This document shows positions 53,851 through 64,000 of a stretch of DNA of 64,000 bases, in pieces. The number at the start of each line of letters is the position of its first letter. Position 1 is the first letter of the stretch. Under the pieces are notes generated by a model that saw nothing but the letters and a program-made list of their open reading frames with translations, made no database searches and was not told where the DNA came from. Source of the DNA: Eledone cirrhosa (taxonomy: Eukaryota); assembly GCA_964016885.1 (NCBI GenBank), contig OZ024740.1, forward strand, positions 362,328,001 to 362,392,000, read 5' to 3'. The position numbers and the translations under genes were made by a program.

Positions 53851-56589
53851 CCATGAAAATAATTATTACATGGGAAATAATCTTTTCACAATAAAGTTAT
53901 GTGTAATCAAACATTAGTTTGTTTTTTTTGTGAAATATTTGTTTTTAGTGGTGCCACAATAAAATGCATCCAGTACACTCTGTAAAGGGGTTGGCATTAG
54001 GATGGGCATACAGCCAAAGAAAACTATCTGAAACATGAAACGTATGTGCAAGATGTGGTTCTTCAACCACACCAGTCTCAGACCCTGACAACCTGTCAAA
54101 CCCATAGCAACATGGAAAGTGGATGCAAAATGATAACAATGATGATGATGATAAGGATGATAATGATGATGATGATGATGATAGAGGAGGAGATGACAAT
54201 ATTTACCATGTCATATTTTTATAACAAATTGTGTATAATACATTTTTTCAAACTTCAAACATTTTACAAGTTTTAAATATTTAGACGAAAATGTGAAATA
54301 CTGAGGTTAAATAGTTCCAATTAAAATTTACAGAAGAATATATATGTATATATATTTATAGAAGAAGAAGAATGAAATTAACACCCTTACCGCTAGGCCA
54401 CATGCTTTCCAGTAAAAACTTCTTTAACACTAGCATTTGCATTACTCTATATATACTATTGTATTTTTGCGGTAAAGGCTTTATCTCACGTAATATCTGA
54501 CATAATAACGAATCTATGAGATTTTGATAATATTTATTTTGAGAACACTACCTTAACATTAGTATGAGTGGCCAATTACAGTCAGTTTGAGCAGAAAGAG
54601 GTGAGAGAATTCTGGCCTGATACGGTTGGTTCAAATGCTAAAGGGATAAACCTTATGGTACCAGCCTGGCCAAAACCTGCTCTGGTCTTCCAAAACAAAA
54701 CTATCTATTGGGTAGACAGAAGCTGTTTGGTAACCCATCAAATGAACTGTACCTGTTAAAGAAAGAACCAGCTTTGTCATGCTGAATCTCCCTGAAAATT
54801 GCATTAAGGGTACACGAGTCTATGAAATGCTCATTCACTGTTCATTTCACAAGCAGGCTGTTCCATTACTGGAACAACTAGAATGCTCTTCATCAAAACA
54901 GACGAAGGTCCATTCTGTTTCATTTGTAATACATTCACAAAAAGGTTAATAATTTTTTGGTATATTTGTTATTAGAATTTTTCAATTTACCAAATAATAA
55001 TTTCTCAGCTAATAATCAATTATCTACTGTAATAAATGTTTGCTGTTTCTCCTATACATTACATAGTTACACCACACTAGAGTAGAGAAAATAAAAAAAA
55101 AACGTTTTTTTTTAGATTCGTTGTATAAATAGCACTGTCATTTCTTTCTCTTATTTGTCTTTTTCTTTACATTTTTCTTCCCCCACCACCCCAGTTTTAT
55201 CTTAGTTTTTCATAGTTGCTAACTGTTTATGTATATTCTCTTGGCCAGACAGCTGGTAAGAAGAACAAGAAAAGGATGCTAAGAGTTAGTTAGAAAAGAA
55301 GTAGAAACGAGTAAAATATTACAATAACAGATTGTAAGCTTTAACATACCTACCTCTGCTTTCTTTACTTTGTATAACAACTAAAACTTTCTTTCACAGG
55401 AGCATATTACCAGCTAAATCTCTTAGAGTTCTGTTGATATAAACAATTTTTAGCTAAAGAAAGAATATGTGAAAGTGTGTGTATAGAAGGCGCGTGTGTA
55501 AAGAAGGAGTGTGTGTAGAAAAAGTGTATCTGCTTGTAGCACATTAGTATTATTTTTTGCACATTTAGTTAGTGCTGTGTATACAGACAAAATAAGACCA
55601 AAAAATATATATTTGAGTAGTGATGTTGATGAGGGCCCTTGTAATTTTCAGTTTATTTTGCGTGTGTATGTAATCGGGTATATGTGCAGTTATGTGGATG
55701 TGTTAGAGGGAGTATGTATGTAGTTGTGTGAGTGTGAGAGAGAAGGTATGTTTGTAGTTGTGTGTATGTGTGTTTTTATTTTCTAGAGTGTCTGTGGGGA
55801 GTTATGAGAGTATGAGTGTTTTGTGACTAAGTGTGTGTGTGAAAAAAATGAGTATGTGTGTAGTTGTGTGTTTAAGTGTTTTTATTTTCTATCTCTTAAG
55901 TGTGTTTATCTACATGTATATGTGTGATATTTAGAGTATATTATCTGCTAGTAAATGTAGCAGTATTACTTCAAGATAACATGCTTGAATAGGTGTGGTT
56001 GTGGAGAGAAGAAGCAAACGGACAGCAGAAACATAACAGCTTCCAGTGGATGTATTTGATGTAGGTACATCGAAGTAGGAATACAACTGTCTGTCAATTT
56101 AATATAAATGGAGAGATGATACACCAGCTAAGAAGTTGTGTTGTGATTTATCTGTGTCTGTATGTGTCTGTCATCACCATTATCATTTATCATCTGTCAG
56201 TATGTGTGTGTGTGTGTGTATATGTAGGTATATATGTATGCATGTAATGTATACACATAAACATGCATGCACACACTCATACATACATACATATATACAA
56301 ACATACATACATACATACACACACACATGTATATGTCTGTCATCATTATCATTCGTCATCAGTCAGTATGTGTGTGTCTATATGTATGTATATATGCACA
56401 CACACACATATACATACGTACATACATAAATACATACATACATATATATATATATGTATGTTCTATCCATGCTAGCCTGGAAGATGGCCATTAAACGATG
56501 ATGATGATGATATATATATAGAGAGAGAGAGGGATTGAAGCTTCAGTTCAACATATATGTGTGTATATATATATTTATATATATATATA

Positions 56590-57017
56590 TATACAAGGAT
56601 CGGAATTAAGAGTATTCCGCAGTTCACAGTAATAATAATAATATTAGCTCAAAGAAGAATAGAGAATTTTCTTCTGAGCTCAAATACAAATATATTACAC
56701 AAAGAGAAGTGTGTTACACAGTGAGATGTGTGTAAAGAATTATTACAAGTGAGTTTAACCGTTACTGTATGGAGAACAATATTGTTCTCCATACAGTAAC
56801 GGTGAAATTCACTTGTAATAATTCTTTACACACATCTCACTGTGTAACACACTTTGTTCTCCATACAGTAACAGTGAAATTCACTTGTAATAATTCTTTA
56901 CACACATCTCACTGTGTAACACACTTTGTTCTCCATACAGTAACGGTGAAATTCACTTGTAATAATTCTTTACACACATCTCACTGTGTAACACACTTCT
57001 CTTTGTGTAATATATTT
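56590..57017 (-). repeat. Fold-back insert with 3x72-bp tandem arm and hairpin tail
   Basis: Palindrome centre 56780/56781; right arm holds 72-bp units starting at 56782, 56854 and 56926; tail hairpins at 56601-56681. Confidence 0.85.
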
Positions 57018-57417
57018 ATATATATATATATGAAAATTCGAAATTAATGATCAGGATGGTGATGATGATATATAAATATACATCGTCATCATCATCATCA
57101 TCATCATCACTGTTTAATGTCTATTTTTCCATGCTTGCATAGGTTAGATGCATCATCCATGTTATGAGACAAGTCTGACTAGTTGGCCATGCTGTAGCTT
57201 GCTCAAACAGAACTATATTTTGACTGTGTGTTTTACAGCTGGATGCCCTTTCAAACACCAATCACGTTTACAGTGTAGAACTGGGTGGTACCTTGCGCAT
57301 AGTGGGACTGTGTTTTGGTTGGGTTTTTACAACTGCCCTTTTTAAACATGAACCACACACTTACACACATATATATATATATAGATATATGTGTATGTGT
57401 CTGTGTTTGTGTCAGTG

Positions 57418-57490
<73 letters not shown>

Positions 57491-57501
57491 GTATGTAAAT
57501 G

Positions 57502-57553
<52 letters not shown>

Positions 57554-57555
57554 TA

Positions 57556-57938
57556 CAATATATTAATAAATAGAAACTATATTTATAAAACCATAATTAT
57601 TTTATTATATATATTTCAAGGGCTACCAAGGCAGTCTTGGTGCGCTTTCATCAGATAAAATATAAGATTTGTTTTATAAATATTGACATAACCGTGGAAA
57701 AACAACCTTGACGGTTATGTCAATATTTATAAAACAAATCTTGTATTTTATCTGATGAAAGTGCACCAAGACTGCCTTAGGAGCCCTTGAAATATATATA
57801 ATAAAATAATTATGATTTTATAAATATAGTTTCCATTTATTAATATATTGAATATTTACTCCAGTAATTTGTTGAGTGCTTTATATCAGTTATAAACTTT
57901 TAAGCTTTTTGGAATCCCAACAAATTAAATATAACTTC

Positions 57939-57941
<3 letters not shown>
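57556..57941 (+). repeat. Fold-back insert (140-bp arms) with mirrored HHRs and hairpin tail
   Basis: Arms 57556-57695 / 57711-57850; tail ACTC..TTGAGT 57858-57877; TA tracts on both sides. Confidence 0.88.
57744..57808 (+). ncRNA. Type I hammerhead ribozyme (mirror copy 57598-57662, - strand)
   Basis: TATTTTAT-CTGATGA-AAG..CTT-GAAA-TATATA-TA-ATAAAATA; the mirror copy has the better helix II (AAG c GC ACCAAG actgc CTTGGT a GC c CTT). Confidence 0.85.
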
Positions 57942-57977
<36 letters not shown>

Positions 57978-59319
57978 GCATATGTATATATATATATATA
58001 TATAAAACATAGTAAGGTGAGAAAGACACATAAATATATGTGTTGGATCATGGGGGATATAAAACTACCATGGTGATGAATATATAAACTACGGATGGAA
58101 CAGTGAATACAAATTAATTAAAAGAATAAATCAAAGTGAACAAACCAACCATTATAAATATAAACACCCGGACAAAATCAAAGTAGAATTATAATGTGTG
58201 AAGAATTCCCAATACAAGTGTAGCTCTTCAGTGGATGTCCCTGAGCTTATTTTATTGTAGGGGATTATTGAGAGATTTTAACTTGACCTTTTGATATGAT
58301 ATATATATATATATATAATGTTTAATATAGAAATGGCTTCTACAGGACTATATTAAACATTGTATATACTCTACTATGTATTGAGTACCTTACTTACTGT
58401 GGTTACCCCCGATTTAACCCAGGATAGACACACACATATTTATATATACATGTATGCATAAATATATGAATACATATATATATATATATATATCCATGCT
58501 AGTGTGGAAGATAGACGTTAAACGATGATGATGATGATGATGATGATGATGATATATATATATATGTATATGTAATATATGTATGCATATATGTATGCAT
58601 ATATATATATGAAAATTTGAAAATGTGAGTGTTCCAATTGACTGTAGTAACAATTGATCACTATTGACAATTGATGAGAAAATTGAGTAAATTAACATAA
58701 GAGATGGAAAAAAAAATGGACAGCAATGCCTATGAGAAGTTGAATCCCATAGCTCTGGAAAACTGTGCGAGCACATTGACCACTATGCTATGGGGAGTTT
58801 GATACCTTTTTTGTCTTTCCCGGATGCTATAGTGATTGACTGCTATTACGGTCATTATGCACCTCCCTCTCCTTATCTTGTCATACCTCTTATACATATA
58901 ATCCCCTATACCACCTTAACTTTCCCACCTATTGACATCCCTGATTCTTACTTTCCTATCCTACCCATACCGCAGACAGACACACCCCTCACTGTACTGC
59001 CAGATATTGTTTGTTCACTCTCTCATTCAGTGGCATGTAGGTATCTGTCCATGTGCCAATATGGCCCTTCCATCTCCCTACATCACTAAGCTCCCAGTCT
59101 GTCTCCTACACACATACTTGATTTCCCTCTCCATCACTTTAGTTCAACCCTTCTAGTCCAACCATGCCAGCCTGGGAAGATGGGTGCTTCCCTTGAGGTA
59201 TCACCAGGCTACATTTCTTACCCCTTCCCTCAGCAATCAACATGCAGTGCACCACTGACCCCATCACTAACCTTATAAGCCTACCCAGCTTAGCTGAAGA
59301 AATGCACTGAATGCCGTAA

Positions 59320-59735
59320 TGTTAAAAATGGTAGTGCTGGTGCCACAATAAAATGTACTCAGCCAACATTGTAAAGTAGTGACACAATAAATACACCTAA
59401 CCCACTCTGTAAAGTGGTAGTACTGATGCCACGATAAAAACATCTAGTCCACCCTGTTAGGTGGTAGTTCTAGTGCAACAATAATGCACCTGGTACATGC
59501 TGTGATGTGGCTGGTATTAGAAAGAAAGCACCCAGTCCACACTGTAAAGTGGTCGTGTAGGTGTCGCAGCAAAACCACCCAGTCCACACTGTAAATGAGG
59601 TTGGCATTAGGAAGGGCATCCAGCGATCCAGGCCATCCAAGCCAAAATTGGTTCTATATGAACAAGACATTGTCACCTGACCTGGCATTGCTCACAACAA
59701 GATAACTTGCCTAACCCATGCTAGTGTGGAAATGC
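59320..59735 (+). mobile_element. RTE 3'-UTR-derived repeat with tandem subunits
   Basis: Repeated CACCCAGTCCACACTGTAAAGTGG units, then GGTTGGCATTAGGAAGGGCATCCAGC and AACCCATGCTAG; relatives near 8095, 28555, 46670, 52160, 53950 and 57060. Confidence 0.75.
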
Positions 59736-60299
59736 CATTGTATACTGATGTATGTCACTTCATATACATGCACACACACACACACACACACACCCACACA
59801 CATACACATTGTGGTTTTCGACATACTATTGAGAATGACTGCTTTTGCACTAAAAGAAGATCTAGATTCTACCTTCTAAGCACCAACAGCACTCCAATAA
59901 AGGATGCAGCCACTCAAGCAAAAGGAGAATCATGACATATAATTATTCTATTCCTTCTATGTACCCTAAGGAGTCAAGAAACTGTGGAAGTGATGGTATT
60001 TCATTCTTAGAGATATGCACAATACTACAGCCACTGTGTGTTTTTAAGAAGCCTGAAACTTGACTTGAAAAACAAAAGTGGGAAAGGAAAACAAAAAGTA
60101 CCAACACATCATTATGGTGAAAAACTCTTGAGTAACATAAATGTCACTTGTTGAGTGTTTAAGGCTTTTAAGCAAGCAACAACCAAAAACAAAACAAAAT
60201 GGCCAGAAACTACGATGGTTTTTTTTACACCAGTGGCTAATGATAAACACATAAACAAACACACACATACACACACATGCACATATATATGTGTGTGTG

Positions 60300-60690
60300 C
60301 TGGTGCCTTGATTAAACACACCCAGTCACCCTGTAGAATGGTAGTACTGGTGCCATGATAAAACACACCCAGTCACCCTGTAGAATGGCAGTGCTGGTGT
60401 CATGATAAAACACACCCAGTCACCCTGTAGAATGGCAGTGCTGGTGTCATGATAAAACACACCTTGTCATCTTTGTAAGATGGCAGTGCTGATAGCACGG
60501 AAAAAGCACCCAGTACACCATGTAAGGTGATTGGTGTTAGGAAGAACAGCCAGCCTTAAAAAACATGGAACATATGAACAAGATAAATAACAAGCCTAAT
60601 CCCAGATTGTGACAACTCCTCCAACCCATGCTAGCATGGAAAATAGACGTAAAAACGATAATGATGATAATGATGATGATGATGATGATG
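60300..60690 (+). mobile_element. RTE 3'-UTR-derived repeat with 47-bp tandem array
   Basis: CCCAGTCACC at 60321, 60368 and 60415; tail ACCCATGCTAGCATGGAAAATAGACGTAAAAACGAT(GAT)n. Confidence 0.75.
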
Positions 60691-61489
60691 AGGAGGAGGA
60701 GGAGGAGGAGGAGGAGGAGGAGGAGGAGGATGGTGATGATGATGAGGATGATGATGAAGATGATGAAAATAAATGACAGGATCTGCAGTTTCCATCTACC
60801 AAATTCTACTCACAAGATATGGTGAAACTCAGCCTCCAGTGGATAACATTCAACCAAAGTGCTGTGCAGTGGGATTAAACCTGGAAACACATTGTTTCAG
60901 AGCAAAAAAACCATGTCTGAGTCACATGACATGTTTTATCTTTGCTTTGTTTTATTGTACTATTGATTTCTTAAATTGTCAAGTGTTCAAAGATTTTGGA
61001 TAGAAAGGTATATCTGATTGGAGTGATATCAGTATATGACTGGTACTCATTTGATGGAATGTAAACTTAAACTGAGTGGCATTTTAAACTCAAAACATTG
61101 TCAATGTCAATCCACCATCTTCGTATATGTTATAGTATAAGACAAAAAGGTGTACATGGTCTCATATACAAATATGTATGTATAATAAACATATCATTAG
61201 TCTAATCATGAGTAAGAGCAGTGTGTCAAGCATTTCCCAGTTGCAACACTTCATCAGCTTTCGCTTACTTATGCATAGACATTGAGGTATGAAAGATACT
61301 AATCTAATAGATTTTGTAAACAAACTATTCTTGTTGAAAGCTTATTTACACTAGTGCAAGCTTGGCCAACTATTATCAATTAGCAGTCGCACTAGCAGAG
61401 TGTAAATCAGAATAAAGGCATATGTGGAACCCATATACAATGCATTTGAGTATAATAAACAAGCATTTCGTTTTGTTGTATGTAATTTA

Positions 61490-62020
61490 AGCTGTAACTA
61501 TATCAGAGATACCCTCTCTGTGATCATATCACAGATAGCTTAACTGTGACCATATTACAGGTACCTCACTTGTAAACCTATAAGAGGTATCCTAGCTATG
61601 ATTATATCAGAGGTACCTCAAAGGTGACCATGTTACAGGTATCTCGCCTTTAACCATATCACATGTATATTAGCTATGACAATATCAGAGGTACCTCACC
61701 TGTGACCATATCACAGGTACCCTTAGCTGTGATCATATCACAAGTAGCTCACCTATGACCACATTACAGGTGGTCACCTATAACTATATCACAGGTAGCC
61801 TAGCTTTGACCATATCACAAGTACCTCAGCTATGACCATATCACAGGTAGCTCACCTATGACCATATCACAGGTACCTCACCTATGACCATCTCACAGGT
61901 AGCCTAGCTGTGACCATATCACAAGTACCTCCCCTATGACCATATCACCTCAGCTGTGATTATATCACATGTACCTCACCTATTACCATATTCCAAGTAC
62001 CTTATCTGTGATCATGTCCA
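61490..62020. repeat. About 25-26-bp minisatellite, about 20 diverged copies
   Basis: Consensus approximately GACCATATCACAGGTACCTCACCTAT. Confidence 0.9.
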
Positions 62021-64000
62021 TCTGTACTCATTTGCCATGCCATCACATGCCATAAGCTCTGAACTTCTTATGGAGTCATAGATGAGCTCTCATGGCATAT
62101 GGTGTGTCTTGGATATTTAAAACCTGGTGGCGCCTATCCTTTCCAGGTCTGAAAATAACTGGTTTCTTCCAGAGAGAGAGGATAAGAAAGAGAGGTAGCA
62201 AGAGAGAGGGGGGAGAGGGGGAGGGGAATAAAGAGAAAGAGAAAGGAATTGGGAAAGTGAGACAGTATTGAACTGGTACTTTATTTATTGATCTCAAAAG
62301 GATTAAAGCAAAGTTGACCCCAGTGGGATTTGAACTCACACTGCTGAGAGCCAGAATGAATACTGTGAAGCATTCTATCCAACGTTCTAACAACCCTGTC
62401 AAATTTGTCACCTTTGACACATGTTCCCTTACATCCAGATGCCGAGGTATGAAAGACAGTAAAGTCTTATAGATTTTGCTGAGGCTGTGTTAGCGCAATT
62501 GCTAATTAGGTATAAGAAAAGTATCAGGTGCAAACTTGGCAAGAAAACCACTTGGCGAAACCTGGTTTAACTTATTTATGAGAAGCAATGGAATTATGTT
62601 AGTGACGAGGTTGCAATAGATATGATGAAGATGCTAACACCACAAAATGAATTACAAATGTAAATGTAATTTAACAGATTTTGTGTTTTTTAATTGCTAA
62701 AATGAAATTTCAACAATATAATTGCTTCAGTTTCAATATAGCATTAATCTATTTTTGTCAGGCAAGGTCACCATAACACTTTATTCTCTCACCTCTAAAT
62801 ATCTTGTTTTATGTCTACTCTGAAAAGACTATGTTTAAATCACAATTGTATTTCAATATTAACTCTCAATGCCTTACAACACTTGAAACCACAGGAGCTA
62901 GGCATTATTGTAAAGGACAAAACACCACTGTGACTACAACACATTGAAATGTAAAGCCTTTACTCTAATACTGCAAAGTTGTGCAACAATCTGTTCACTA
63001 GTAAAGATACTATAAACATTTAAATTTAAAAAGCATATTACAGGACATTCTAGAAAAGTATAAATGGCACTATGACTGCATTACATTCAAAACTAACATC
63101 TTTACTCCAATACACCAAATTTTCATAATGAGTAAATATAAACATTTGATTTAACAAATATATTTTTAGATATTTTCTGCTAAATCATTACAGGATGATA
63201 ACAGTCAAATCACAACCATGCATACAAAACATTATTTTAGCAGTAATGCACTGGGTAATTGCTGGCCTTGTGCCTAAAGTAGAAACAATTATTTTAGCAT
63301 AATTGACATCACATTAAAAATTGAAGTCATTATTTTAAAACTGAAAACTTTCCCAATATTCTGTAAAACTACTAAAATACTATAAACATTTGAATTAACA
63401 AACTTGTATGTACTGATTACAGATCTAAAGAGTTAAAGAAATATAACTAGGGCCTGAGAAAATGGTCTACAGTGCCAAAACAGGAAAACAATAACTGATA
63501 ATAAAATTTGTACAATAGATATAATTGTGTGAAGTGAGTTTTGACAGTTTAGGGTATAGCACTTCTCTTCTGTTCACTGCTAATGTCTAGTCATCCCTTC
63601 ACTATTTTTACCCTCCTCAACTTCACTATTTGCCTTTCAATACACTTGACCTCATTTCTTCCATAAAAAGGTCCTGCCTGAAACAACAGAACTCACATCT
63701 TCTTACATCTTGTTAAAGCACAAGGAACTTATCTCTAAGTAGGAATGTATTACTATATGTTGCATTAGTCATTCTCAGAAGGAAATTCACACTAATGTAA
63801 TTAATATAAGTAGTATTGAATTCACTTAGAGTTTCTCTCACATAATACTTACCTATCTCATAATAGAGAATGATAACAAAGAACTGACAATTCCTTTTTA
63901 ACCCTTTTGTTAGTATATTTCTAACAAAAGACATAACCTGTTTTCTTTTTTCAAATCATTTTGAAAATAATCAAGAATTTGAAGGGATTTTATAATACTC

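Noticed and set aside
56782-56997. 72-bp direct repeats as a CRISPR array or repeat protein
   Set aside because: No unique spacers, eukaryotic context, and part of a fold-back insert.
61490-62020. Short periodic repeats as CRISPR
   Set aside because: Contiguous diverged units without spacers; an ordinary minisatellite.

Overview
AT-rich, repeat-dominated eukaryotic DNA, most consistent with a cephalopod (Octopus-like) intronic or intergenic region; the taxon is inferred from the repeat landscape only. There is no intact host CDS, and most track ORFs are microsatellite artefacts. Recognisable elements are decayed RTE, R4/Dong, CR1-like, L1/Tx1-like and Penelope-like (PLE) retroelements, a tRNA-derived SINE family, a Buster/Charlie hAT, a Chapaev3-like transposon, a maT/Tc1-mariner remnant, a non-autonomous Helitron and several MITEs. 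The main unexplained signal is a set of short non-coding inserts packed into (TA)n tracts. (i) About 10 type-I hammerhead ribozyme (HHR) motifs from about 7 sequence-distinct families, most with palindromic minimal helix III. (ii) Two unrelated families share an octamer-TATA-HHR layout reminiscent of an snRNA-type promoter, and one is a 330-bp tandem unit that begins next to the predicted cleavage site. (iii) Many inserts are fold-back palindromes followed by a shared RCTC...TGAGY hairpin tail before the TA tract. Together these suggest a TA-targeting PLE/retrozyme-like system of self-cleaving RNAs. All structures were folded by eye and none is experimentally tested.
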